A stretch of DNA of 64,000 nt from the NCBI GenBank assembly GCA_964455545.1, contig CAYVWQ010000002.1, positions 138,596 through 202,595 on the forward strand, written 5' to 3'. The notes beneath the pieces are model-generated. The model saw only the letters and a list, made by a program, of their open reading frames with translations. It made no database searches and was not told the DNA's origin. Below, piece by piece: positions 27,190 through 36,193 of the stretch. A program made the translations under genes and the position numbers. Positions within the stretch are counted from its first letter, which is position 1. Every line of letters starts with the position of its first letter. Source of the DNA: an uncultured Thermoleophilaceae bacterium (GTDB lineage: Bacteria > Actinomycetota > Thermoleophilia > Solirubrobacterales > JACPNS01).

Positions 27190-29133
27190 ATGCGTTGCTC
27201 GGATCGGCCCGCCGCGCGCGAACTCGGACGCGCGCTCCTCTTCACCTGCATCGCGATTGGCTTGCTGCTGGTCGCTTCGCCGCGGGCCGCGCATGCCGAG
27301 GGTTTCGCCCCGTTGGATCCCTACGACGCGAACGGGGACACCTTCATCGGCAGCTTCGTCGGCCCCGTCACGGTCGAAGCGCCGGGCAATGGGGGCGAGT
27401 ACGCCTGGTACGCGGGTTACTCATCCGGCGAGTACGTGTTCAACGGTTTCACGCCCGGCGGCGGGGAAGAGGACCCGCCGGCCTCGTTCCCCGGCGGCAC
27501 CACGGCCGGAACAATCCCAAGCGTCAGTGGGACCGTCGTCGACAACCTCTTCACCGCGTCGCCGTGGATGTTCATCAGCGTTCCGACTCAGAACCGAGTG
27601 CTCGCCTACGAGCGCGTGTACCCGAGCGCCGGTCTCGGCGTCGATCAGTCGTCGGTGAAGCAGATTCCCGGTCCGGCCGCGCCGGGAGACGCCGGAGCCG
27701 GGAGCGGTGATGGTCAGTTCAACCAGCCGCGTGGGCTGGCGATCGGCCCCGAGGGGTTGGCGACCGATCTGTACGTGGCGGACTGGGGGAACCAGCGGAT
27801 TCAGGTCTTTGACAGCACGACGCTTGCGTACAAGCGCCAGATCGACAACCCCGGCTGGAGTGACTACCCGGTTGATCCGCTGGCGGTCGACAACTCCACC
27901 GGCGAGCTGTACGCCGGTGCTCCGGGAGTGTCTTCGATTGACGTCTTCGATGCCGGCGCGCAGAATCAGATCGACACGATCTTCACGAACGGCACGATCC
28001 ACACGATGACGATCGACCAGAACGCCCACCTGCTCTACGTCGGAACGGCCGGTTCGCCGAGCTCGATCGAGGTCTTCTCGTTGCCCGACCGCACCCCGCT
28101 CGGAACGTTCCAGCTCCCGGATGAAGACTCTGACCCCGCCGCCGAGTTTGCGTTCATCGATTCGCTCAGCTTCGAGCCGAGCACCCGCACGCTCTACACG
28201 ACGCTTCAGAACGGCAGCCTGTACGTCGCCAAGCCCTACGCGATGCAGCAGCTGTACTGCGATGACCCGGCGCCCGTCACGGTCGCTCCCGGCGATTCGA
28301 TCACTGTGGAGCTGACCGGTTGTCAACGCAGCACGTCACCGCGTCAGTACCGCGTCACGCAGCAGCCGACCAACGGCACCGCGACCGTCGAACAGTCGCC
28401 GGACCAGATCACCTACACCGCCTCGCCGAGCGCGACCGGCCAGGACAGTTTCAAGTTCCTCGCCGTAGACCGCTACGGCGGGATGGCCGAGAAGACGCTC
28501 GTGATCAACCCCGATCCGCCCGCACAGCCCGTCACTCCTCCGCCTCCGGCGAACCCGCCGACCTACAAGGAAGACGCCAACCTCTCGCGCTCGACCGGCA
28601 CGATTCTCGTCAAGCTGCCCGGCAGCGATCAGTACGTGAGCGTCGCCAGCACGGCAGCAGTGCCGATCGGAACGATCGTCGACGCGCGCGACGGCGTCGC
28701 CTTCATCACCTGGGCTCGGCCCGACGGCACGACCTACAGCGGGCAGTTCTCGGGCGGGATCTTTGAGATCAAGCAGGACAAGGGCAAGGACCCGTACGCG
28801 GTTGTGAAACTGCGCACGGACCTGGTGGCCGGGGCCTCGGCTGCACGTGCATTGATGTCCGCGGCCGACTCGGTCGACGCCTACATCGCGCGCAAGAAGG
28901 GCAAGCGCCGCAATCGTGTGTGGGGCAACGCAAAGGGCAAGTTCCGCACCGAGGGCAGCAACTCCTCGGCGAGCGTTCGCGGCACCAACTGGCTCGTCGA
29001 GGACTACGCCAACGGCACGCGCACCTATGTGAAGACAGGTGTGGTCGTTGTGAAGCCGTACAAGAAGCGGAAGACCAAGGGCCAGAAGACGAAGACGCTG
29101 AAGAAGGGCCAGAGCTACTTCGTATGGCGTTGA
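27190..29133 (+). CDS. Secreted NHL-repeat beta-propeller protein with Ig-like domain and FecR-like C-terminal module (paralogue of the end of the upstream gene)
   Basis: Signal LLFTCIAIGLLLVASPRAAHA. NHL motif GDGQFNQPRGLAIGPEG..LYVADWGNQRIQVFD. C-terminal module ILVKLPGSDQYVSVASTAAVPIGTIVDARDGVAFITW..SASVRGTNWLVEDYANGT. Confidence 0.8.
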   Translation: MRCSDRPAARELGRALLFTCIAIGLLLVASPRAAHAEGFAPLDPYDANGDTFIGSFVGPVTVEAPGNGGEYAWYAGYSSGEYVFNGFTPGGGEEDPPASFPGGTTAGTIPSVSGTVVDNLFTASPWMFISVPTQNRVLAYERVYPSAGLGVDQSSVKQIPGPAAPGDAGAGSGDGQFNQPRGLAIGPEGLATDLYVADWGNQRIQVFDSTTLAYKRQIDNPGWSDYPVDPLAVDNSTGELYAGAPGVSSIDVFDAGAQNQIDTIFTNGTIHTMTIDQNAHLLYVGTAGSPSSIEVFSLPDRTPLGTFQLPDEDSDPAAEFAFIDSLSFEPSTRTLYTTLQNGSLYVAKPYAMQQLYCDDPAPVTVAPGDSITVELTGCQRSTSPRQYRVTQQPTNGTATVEQSPDQITYTASPSATGQDSFKFLAVDRYGGMAEKTLVINPDPPAQPVTPPPPANPPTYKEDANLSRSTGTILVKLPGSDQYVSVASTAAVPIGTIVDARDGVAFITWARPDGTTYSGQFSGGIFEIKQDKGKDPYAVVKLRTDLVAGASAARALMSAADSVDAYIARKKGKRRNRVWGNAKGKFRTEGSNSSASVRGTNWLVEDYANGTRTYVKTGVVVVKPYKKRKTKGQKTKTLKKGQSYFVWR

Positions 29134-30998
29134 TGACCAAACGCAGGCTTTCGGCGTTGACGCTCGTCGGGCTGCTGTTGACCGGCTTCGCACTGCTCGC
29201 GTACGCATTCGGCTCGCTGACTTCGCTCGAGAACTCGAGCGTGGACAAGCGGTTCGAATGGCGCGGGACGAAGAGCACAGCGCAGACCCGCGACATCGTG
29301 ATGGTGAAGATCGACGACAAGTCGTTTTCTGAACTCAACACGACTTTCCCGTTCCCGCGCGGCCTCCACGCGCAGATGGTCGATGACCTGAAGAAGGACG
29401 GCGCGAAGCTGATCCTCTACGACGTGCAGTTCACCGAGCCGAGCGATGATCCCGATCAGGACGACGATCTGATCTACGCGGTCCAAGATGCCGGCAACGT
29501 AGTGCTCGTCACCTCCGAGACCTATGTCAAGAAGGGCAAGACCCGCACGAAAGTCTTCGGTGGGGACGATGTCGTGAAGGAGGCGCGCGCGACCGTCGGG
29601 AACTCGGTCGTCCCGAATGACACAGGAAACGTGGTTCGGTCCTTGTACTACGAGTTCGGGGGGCTGCAGAGCGCACCCGTCGCTGTCGCGCGACGACTTG
29701 GGAGGACCGTCGAGCGCTCGGAGTTCAACGAGAATGGCCGGGCGCTTGTCAATTTCGCCGGCCCCCCAAGCACCATCCCGTCCGTTTCCTTCAGCAGCGT
29801 TATTGACGGCAAAGTCGACCCGAAGTTCTTTAAGGACAAGATCGTCATTGTCGGAGCTTTCGCCGTGACATTGCAGGACTTCCATAGAACCCCGACGAGT
29901 GGGGAAAGCAGGATGCCCGGGCCGGAGCTCCTGGCCAACTCGATCGGCACGATCCTCGACGACTTCCCGCTACGAAACGCCCCGGCCTGGCTCGACGTCC
30001 TGCTGATCATCCTGCTCGGAATGACCACCCCGCTCGCCTCGCTCAAGTTCAATCCTCGTGGCGCCTTCATCGCGGCCCTCACCACGGCGTTCTTCTTCAC
30101 GGTCTTCACCTACATGGCCTTCAACAACGGCCTGATCTGGGTCTACGTCTATCCGATGCTCGCGCTGACGCTGACGACGATCGCCGCGCTCGGTGTCAAC
30201 TACCTCGCCGCCTCGTACGACCGGCAGCTCGTGCGCGGGGAGTTCGCGCGGTTTGCGCCCGACAGCGTCGTCGATCAGATCCTCGAGAACGCGGACGGCG
30301 AGGCCACGCGTCTCGGCGGCAAACGCCTGACGGCGACGCTGCTCTTCTCAGACCTTCGCGGCTTCACCAGCTTCAGTGAAAAGATGACTCCCGAGCAGGT
30401 GATCGCGATCCTCAACGACTACCTGACCGAGATGAGCGACGCGATCATGGACCACGGCGGCACGCTCGTGTCCTACATGGGCGACGGAATCATGGCGGTG
30501 TTCGGCGCCCCGATCGCGAGCGAGGATCACGCCGACCGTGGCCTTGCGGCCGCTCGCGAGATGCTCGAGCGACTCGGCCACTTCAATGCGCGGCTCGCAC
30601 GCGACCACGGAATCGACAAGCACTTCAAGATGGGCATCGGTCTCAACACCGGACCCGTCATGAGCGGAAACGTCGGATCCGAACGACGCATGGAGTACAC
30701 GGCGATCGGCGACACGACCAACACTGCCGCGCGGCTGGAAGCGCTGACCAAGGGCAGCGGCTACCAGCTGTTCCTCTCCGAGTCGACGAAGATGGCGCTG
30801 CACGAGGTGCACGACGACATCAAGTTCGTGCGCACGATGGAGGTGCGCGGGCGCGAGCAGGGCGTGAACGTGTGGGGTCTCGACGAGCCGCACTCCGACG
30901 ACGAAGGCGAACACTTTGAGTCGGTCAGCCAGTCGCCGATGGAGACTGTCGTGGCCGTCGAGACTGCGCCCGAGGCGATCGAGACGCCGACCGACTAG
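29124..30998 (+). CDS. CHASE2 extracytoplasmic sensor + TM segments + class III adenylate/guanylate cyclase
   Basis: An N-terminal TM helix is followed by a CHASE2-like region (IVMVKIDDKSFSELNTTFPFPRGLHAQMVDDL..VLYDVQF), four hydrophobic segments, and the cyclase core LLFSDLRGFTSFSE..GDGIMAVFGAP..IGLNTGPVMSGNVGS..YTAIGDTTNTAARLE. The start (ATG 29124 or 29133) overlaps the stop of the upstream gene. Confidence 0.85.
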   Translation: MALMTKRRLSALTLVGLLLTGFALLAYAFGSLTSLENSSVDKRFEWRGTKSTAQTRDIVMVKIDDKSFSELNTTFPFPRGLHAQMVDDLKKDGAKLILYDVQFTEPSDDPDQDDDLIYAVQDAGNVVLVTSETYVKKGKTRTKVFGGDDVVKEARATVGNSVVPNDTGNVVRSLYYEFGGLQSAPVAVARRLGRTVERSEFNENGRALVNFAGPPSTIPSVSFSSVIDGKVDPKFFKDKIVIVGAFAVTLQDFHRTPTSGESRMPGPELLANSIGTILDDFPLRNAPAWLDVLLIILLGMTTPLASLKFNPRGAFIAALTTAFFFTVFTYMAFNNGLIWVYVYPMLALTLTTIAALGVNYLAASYDRQLVRGEFARFAPDSVVDQILENADGEATRLGGKRLTATLLFSDLRGFTSFSEKMTPEQVIAILNDYLTEMSDAIMDHGGTLVSYMGDGIMAVFGAPIASEDHADRGLAAAREMLERLGHFNARLARDHGIDKHFKMGIGLNTGPVMSGNVGSERRMEYTAIGDTTNTAARLEALTKGSGYQLFLSESTKMALHEVHDDIKFVRTMEVRGREQGVNVWGLDEPHSDDEGEHFESVSQSPMETVVAVETAPEAIETPTD

Positions 30999-31963
30999 CC
31001 GTCGGAAGCGAACGCGAGCACCAGCGGAAGCGGGTGCTCCCCGTACTGCACGGCGCGCACGACGTCGGTCCAAACCGCGTCCGAGAACTTCCGGCCCAGG
31101 CGGTCATCGCGTTCGATCAGCTCCCACGCCCGTGGCCAAGGCACTATGAGCACGACGGTGTCCTCGCGCGCGCGGCTCTCCACGGCCGTCGAGTCCATGT
31201 CACCGCCGAGAAAGCCGATCACTCCAACGCCGCGGCCGGGGCCGGAGAGGCGCATGCGGCGCGCCCGGTCCTTGCCGCGGATTGATGTCTCGACGGCGCC
31301 TCGCAGCACGATGCCGAAGGCGTGAGGCGCCTGGCTCGATGACCACAGCACCGCGCCGCGGGGAACGAAGACGGTGTCCAGTCCCTCGGTGAACTCCTCG
31401 ATCTCGGCCGTCGTGAACGCCTCGAAGAAGAGTGTCGTCTGGATGTACTCCGCGGCCTCGGGCTCGCGCAGCTCGAACTGGTCGACGTCGATCGGCGCCG
31501 GCTCGCCGTCTCCGCCGACGGTCTCGCGGAGCGCTTTGTAGAGCGCGTGAAGACGCTCGACGGCCTGCCTGCCGATCCGCTCGACGATCCTCGCGCTGGC
31601 GTGGCGCGTGTCGTTGCGCAGCACGTCGAAGGCGGCGCGATCGAGTGACCAGACGACCGTGTCTTCAAGCGCGACCAGCGTCGCACCCCGCACGCCGTCA
31701 CCGAGCAGTGCGAGCTCACCGATCGTGTCGCCCGGCTCGACGTCGATCAGCTTGCGCCGTTTGCCGTTGGCGATCGCGAGGTTTGAACTCATCAGACCGC
31801 TCTCGACGATCATCATGCTCGAGCCGGGCGCGTCCTGTTCGAACACTGTCTCGCCGGCGGCATACTCCTCGCGCTGCATCAACCGACCGATGTCGACGAG
31901 CGTTTCCTCGTCGAGGTCGCCGAAGAGCTTGCTTGCACGCAAGGCGTTGGCTGCGTCGGTCAC
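30995..31963 (-). CDS. Tandem cyclic-nucleotide-binding (CAP-effector-like) domain protein without recognisable output domain
   Basis: First domain: LFGDLDEETL..GDTIGELALLGDGVRGATLVALEDTVV. The second domain is more divergent. There is a 4-nt overlap with the upstream GATase gene, and the 3' end overlaps the cyclase stop. Confidence 0.75.
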   Translation of the reverse strand: MTDAANALRASKLFGDLDEETLVDIGRLMQREEYAAGETVFEQDAPGSSMMIVESGLMSSNLAIANGKRRKLIDVEPGDTIGELALLGDGVRGATLVALEDTVVWSLDRAAFDVLRNDTRHASARIVERIGRQAVERLHALYKALRETVGGDGEPAPIDVDQFELREPEAAEYIQTTLFFEAFTTAEIEEFTEGLDTVFVPRGAVLWSSSQAPHAFGIVLRGAVETSIRGKDRARRMRLSGPGRGVGVIGFLGGDMDSTAVESRAREDTVVLIVPWPRAWELIERDDRLGRKFSDAVWTDVVRAVQYGEHPLPLVLAFASDG

Positions 31964-32889
31964 AGGTTCAGCTCCCGTAGTTCGAGCGTGACGCCCTCGT
32001 CGCCGCGCTCTAGCACAATCATCGAGTACTCCGGCACTTCCATCCAGTTCAGCGGCTCACCCCCGATCGGCTCAGAGGCCACGATCGCCGCGCCGAAACG
32101 CAGCTCGTCGTTGTACTGCATCGCCCATTCACCGGAAGAATTGTCGAAGCTGCGCCCGAGCGCGCACCACAGCGTCGTGTAGTCGAACTGGCGCTCGCCG
32201 GCGAAGAACGACTCGTCGTCCGGATACCAGCCGTAGTCAAAACAGAAGCGTGTCGCGACCAGCGAGTCGCCGTCGCTGGCGACGATGTTGACCGGCGACT
32301 GGGTGCGCAGGTCGAGCTCATCGCGGACCTCGCGGATCGTGCGGATCGCGCCGGCGACGGCGTCGGCCAGTTGCGCAGCGGACGCCTTGCCCCACGGGTT
32401 CTCGAGTTGGCTGAGCACCGTCGCATAGACCCACTCGGTGTCCGTCGAGCCCTCGACGTGACGGATGATCTCGGCGGGAAGCCGGTCGGCCAGCGCATGC
32501 TTCATCTTCCCGAAGTCGTAGAGGTCGCCGTTCTGCGCGAGGATCACCTGCGCGCCGGGGAAGCGGAACGGGTGGAGGTTCTGCGGGCCGACGACCTCGG
32601 ACGGGTCGTAGACCACGCCGCGCACGTGGCTGAGCGCGGCCGTGGCCTGGACCTTCTCCGTCAGCGACTTGAGGTTGCGATCAAAGACCGGGACGTTCGG
32701 CGTCTTGTAGTAGTACGGCCGCGACGGGTCGGGGGAGGAATCGTTCCAGGCGGCCAGGCCGAAGCCGCCGATGTTCAGCAGCGACATCAGCCGCGCACTG
32801 ACCGACTGGTTGACGAGTGAGTTGTCGGCCTCAAACAGCGGGCCGTCGAGCAGGACGGGCTCGCCGAGGTATCCGAAGACGCGGCACAC
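31960..32889 (-). CDS. Class II (Ntn) glutamine amidotransferase-like protein (YafJ/EgtC-like)
   Basis: The N-terminal MCRVFGYLG supplies a Cys2 nucleophile. Also present: GFGLAAW and HVRGV..NLHPF. Confidence 0.7.
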   Translation of the reverse strand: MCRVFGYLGEPVLLDGPLFEADNSLVNQSVSARLMSLLNIGGFGLAAWNDSSPDPSRPYYYKTPNVPVFDRNLKSLTEKVQATAALSHVRGVVYDPSEVVGPQNLHPFRFPGAQVILAQNGDLYDFGKMKHALADRLPAEIIRHVEGSTDTEWVYATVLSQLENPWGKASAAQLADAVAGAIRTIREVRDELDLRTQSPVNIVASDGDSLVATRFCFDYGWYPDDESFFAGERQFDYTTLWCALGRSFDNSSGEWAMQYNDELRFGAAIVASEPIGGEPLNWMEVPEYSMIVLERGDEGVTLELRELNL

Positions 32890-32898
32890 GGGGTCAGA

Positions 32899-33804
32899 CT
32901 ATGCGTTGACGGTGATGCTGAAGCTGGCCGTGAACGGTTCTCCCGGCTTCGCGGTATGCGTGTAGGTGCCGGCGACGAGCGCGTTGGTCTCGGCGGTCAT
33001 CGGCTCGACGCAGATGAAGTGCTCCCCCTCTGGGCGCCAGATGATCACGACGGGATAGCCACGCTCGAACTCGATCTGCGTGCCGCCGACCTTGAACGTG
33101 GTCGGGCCGTCGAGGCGGAAGCCGTCGTCCCAGGTGCGCTCGCCGAGCGGCCCGGGCTCGATCGGCTGGTCGTCGGTGTCGCCGGTCGGGATCGATCGAC
33201 TGTCGGTGACGATGTGCCGGCCAACCGGGAAGTCGATCTCCGGATTGTCGGTGAACTTGAAGTACGGGTGGAAGCCGAAGGCGATCGGGGTCGGTTGGTC
33301 GGCTTCGATGGTTGTCGCGATCGTGAGCTTGTTGGTTTCGAGCGTGACCGCTTGGGTGACCGTGTGGGGGTAGGGGAAGACTTCGAGGAGGTCTTCCGTG
33401 TCGTAGTGGAATGTGGCGACGAGGGTGGCGTGGTCGGCTTCGACTTCCGTCGTCGTGACCTGCCATCTGTCGTCGGCTGCGAGGGCCCCGTGGATTGGGA
33501 GGCCGTTGGGGTCGGCTCTCAGCGGCGGGACCTGGGTGGTCATGTCGATCTCGGCGCGCTTGCCCTCTGCCTCGTAGCTGCCGGCGATGCGGTTGCCCCA
33601 GGGGTGGAGGAAGGGGATGCCCATCGTGGATCGGCGCTCGATGTAGTCCTCGAGGCCGCCGCGTGTTTCGAGGAGGTTCTCGCCTTTGCTCATGAGCGCG
33701 GTCGCGACCATCCCGGCGCTCGGGACGAAAGTGGCGCTCAAGGATGGCGACGAAAGAGTGATGGTCTCCAGCCCAACTTCCTCGCCAATGGTGATCTCGT
33801 GCAT
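32899..33804 (-). CDS. Aldose 1-epimerase (galactose mutarotase-like) family protein
   Basis: Motifs: GIPFLHPWGNRI, LPIHGAL, FGFHPYF. Start at ATG 33804. The rest of the 489-aa track ORF is antisense to tmk. Confidence 0.8.
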   Translation of the reverse strand: MHEITIGEEVGLETITLSSPSLSATFVPSAGMVATALMSKGENLLETRGGLEDYIERRSTMGIPFLHPWGNRIAGSYEAEGKRAEIDMTTQVPPLRADPNGLPIHGALAADDRWQVTTTEVEADHATLVATFHYDTEDLLEVFPYPHTVTQAVTLETNKLTIATTIEADQPTPIAFGFHPYFKFTDNPEIDFPVGRHIVTDSRSIPTGDTDDQPIEPGPLGERTWDDGFRLDGPTTFKVGGTQIEFERGYPVVIIWRPEGEHFICVEPMTAETNALVAGTYTHTAKPGEPFTASFSITVNA

Positions 33805-33828
33805 GCCCTGATTCAAGCGGGTTCCGTT

Positions 33829-33859
33829 GCTTAACCCCGTCTTCGAGACGGGGTTAAGC
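33829..33859. repeat. Copy 1 of a conserved palindromic element (13-bp perfect stem)
   Basis: GCTTAACCCCGTC ttcga GACGGGGTTAAGC followed by AGGATTTCTGGCTTGG. Located 25 nt upstream of the epimerase start, in a divergent intergenic region. Confidence 0.8.
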
Positions 33860-33921
33860 AGGATTTCTGGCTTGGACTGGGGCCCGCCGCCGAGGCCCGG
33901 GTGATGGCATAGGCTGATCGC

Positions 33922-34545
33922 ATGGCACCCGGGGGCTACTTCATCTCGTTTGAGGGGATCGATCGGAGCGGGAAATCGACCCAGGCCGGCGTGCTCGCCG
34001 AGACGCTCGGTAGCGACAACGTCCTCTTCGTCCGTGAGCCAGGTGGCACGCATTTCAGCGAGCGGGTGCGGGGGATCCTGAAGGACCCGGAGATCCCGCT
34101 CACCCCGCGCGCCGAGGCCCTGCTCTTCGCCGCCGCCCGAGCCGACCTCGTCGACGAGGTGATCAAGCCTGCGCTGGCGGAAGGGATGACCGTGATCGCC
34201 GACCGCTACATCGACAGCTCGCTCGCCTACCAAGGTGTGGCGCGCGGCCTGGGCATCGACGACATCGCGCGGCTCAACCGCTGGGCGGCCGACGAGACGA
34301 TGCCGAACCTGACGATCCTGATCGAGGTCGACGCGGCCACCGCGCGTGAGCGCGGCGCGGAGGAGCACGACCGTTTCGAGAACGAGGGCGAGTCCTTCCA
34401 GCAGCAGGTCGCAGACGCGTATGACCAGATCGCGCGGCTCAACCCCGACCGCATCGTCCGCATCGATGGCGCGCGCTTCCCCGACGAGGTCGCGCGCGAC
34501 GTTCAGCAGCTCGTCTTCGACCGGCTCGGGATCACGCTCGCGTGA
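33922..34545 (+). CDS. tmk: Thymidylate kinase
   Basis: P-loop FISFEGIDRSGKSTQ, plus REPGGT and DRYIDSSLAYQG. Confidence 0.9.
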   Translation: MAPGGYFISFEGIDRSGKSTQAGVLAETLGSDNVLFVREPGGTHFSERVRGILKDPEIPLTPRAEALLFAAARADLVDEVIKPALAEGMTVIADRYIDSSLAYQGVARGLGIDDIARLNRWAADETMPNLTILIEVDAATARERGAEEHDRFENEGESFQQQVADAYDQIARLNPDRIVRIDGARFPDEVARDVQQLVFDRLGITLA

Positions 34546-35657
34546 ATCTGATCGAGGCGACCGAGCAGCACCCGCACGCGCGGGTGATCCTGACGGCGGC
34601 CGCCCAGGGCGAGTCGAACCACGCCTACCTCTTCCACGGACCCCGGGGCGTCGGCAAGTCTGAGGCGGCCCGCGCGTTCGCGGCGGAGCTGCTTGCCGAC
34701 GGCGCGCCCGACCCCGACTCCGCGCGCCTGCGCGCGATGCATGGCTCGCACCCTGATCTCACCTGGGTGACGCCGAGCGGCGCGCACGAGATGCTCAAGG
34801 AGGACATCATCCCCGTCGTCCGCGCGGCGGCGATGACGCCGATCGAGGGCACGCGCCGCGTGTTCGTGATCGAGGGCGCCGAGCTGCTGCACGAGGGCTC
34901 GGCCAACCGCATGCTGAAGACACTTGAGGAGCCGGCTCCGGGTACGCACTTCATCCTTCTCTCCGCCTTCCCGGACCAGGTGCTGCCGACGATCATGTCG
35001 CGCTGCCAGCGGGTGCGCTTCGACGCGATCCCGGCCACGGCGATCGCAAAAGCCCTCGAGGCTGAAGGAGTGGCGGCCGACCGCGCGATCAGCTGCGCCG
35101 CGCTGTCGGGCGGAGACGTCGCGCTCGCTCGCGAGCTGGCCAGCGACGAGGGCGACCAACTGCGCAACGAGGCAAATCGCATCGTCGGCTGCGCGCTCGT
35201 GGGAGCGAGTGGCCGTGAGCGGCCGTGGGAGCCCGTGCTCCAGCGCGCCGTTCAGGCCGGTGAACTGGCAGAGCAGCAGCGCCTCGCCAAACTCGAAGCC
35301 GATCTCGAGGCCTTCCCGAAGGGCCGCGAGAAGACCGCCGCCCAGAAGGAGGGTGAGCAGTCGGCCCACCGCATCGCTCGACGCGTGCGGGCCGGATCGA
35401 TCGACAAGTCGCTGCGGATCAGCGCGCTGCTGCTGCGCGACCTGGCGGTGAGCGCCGCCGGCGCCGACGATCTGGTCTTCGCTCAGGACCGCGCGCCGAC
35501 GATCGCCAAGACGGCGAGTGGCCGGCGCATCGGCCCGCTGCTCGCGGCGGCCGAGCAGGTCGAGGACACACGTGACCAGCTCACCCGCAACGTCGCCGAA
35601 GAGCTGACCCTGCAGGCGCTCTCCTTCCGGCTTGACCGGCTGCTCGCCGGGGTCTGA
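34542..35657 (+). CDS. holB: DNA polymerase III delta-prime subunit
   Basis: Motifs: HAYLFHGPRGVGKS, ANRMLKTLEEP, SRCQRVRF. GTGA overlap with tmk. Confidence 0.85.
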   Translation: MNLIEATEQHPHARVILTAAAQGESNHAYLFHGPRGVGKSEAARAFAAELLADGAPDPDSARLRAMHGSHPDLTWVTPSGAHEMLKEDIIPVVRAAAMTPIEGTRRVFVIEGAELLHEGSANRMLKTLEEPAPGTHFILLSAFPDQVLPTIMSRCQRVRFDAIPATAIAKALEAEGVAADRAISCAALSGGDVALARELASDEGDQLRNEANRIVGCALVGASGRERPWEPVLQRAVQAGELAEQQRLAKLEADLEAFPKGREKTAAQKEGEQSAHRIARRVRAGSIDKSLRISALLLRDLAVSAAGADDLVFAQDRAPTIAKTASGRRIGPLLAAAEQVEDTRDQLTRNVAEELTLQALSFRLDRLLAGV

Positions 35658-35659
35658 CG

Positions 35660-36193
35660 GTGGCGCAGTTCGCAGCGCTGCTCCGCGGCGTCAACGTCGG
35701 CCCGACGACGAAGGTGCCGATGGCCGAGCTACGGGCAGTGCTCGAGGAAGAGCTCGGCGCGACGGATGTGAAGACCCTCCTCAACAGCGGCAACGTCGTC
35801 TTCCACCTCCACGCATCACCGAAGTCGGTCGCCGACGACGTCAGCAAGGTCATCAGCAAGAAGTTCGGCTTTGAGATCGACGTCGTCTGCCGCACGAAGA
35901 AGCAACTCGAGAGCGTGCTCGCGCACGACCCGATCAAGGCGGCCGACGATGATTCGAAGTACCTCGTGCTGTTCATGCCGGAGCCGCCGAACAAGTCGAA
36001 GGTGAAGCAGGTGGTCGAGGCCGAATATCCGGCCGGCGAGCAGTGCGCGTTGAGGGGCCGCGAGTTCTGGATCTGGTCTCCGAACGGGATCAGCAAGAGC
36101 AAGTCGGCCGAAGCGCTCGCGAGGTCAAAGGCCGCGCCGTTCACGACCGGCCGCAACGTGCGGACGATCAGGAAGCTGATCGACCTCTTCTAG
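35660..36193 (+). CDS. DUF1697 family protein
   Basis: ALLRGVNVGPTTKVPMAELRAVLEE..LLNSGNVVF matches the DUF1697 N-terminal pattern. Confidence 0.75.
   Translation: MAQFAALLRGVNVGPTTKVPMAELRAVLEEELGATDVKTLLNSGNVVFHLHASPKSVADDVSKVISKKFGFEIDVVCRTKKQLESVLAHDPIKAADDDSKYLVLFMPEPPNKSKVKQVVEAEYPAGEQCALRGREFWIWSPNGISKSKSAEALARSKAAPFTTGRNVRTIRKLIDLF

Noticed and set aside
23263-27294. Minus-strand ORFs 23263-24249 (328 aa) and 26254-27294 (346 aa), plus many 60-100-aa ORFs across the repeat array.
   Set aside because: They are antisense or out of frame relative to the giant secreted-protein gene. Their periodic appearance merely mirrors the 228-bp coding repeats.
28920-29123. Upstream extension of the cyclase ORF (track start 28920).
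   Set aside because: It overlaps the conserved FecR-like C-terminal module of the preceding gene in another frame. The TM-anchored CHASE2 protein starts sensibly at MALMTKRRLSALTLVGLLL.
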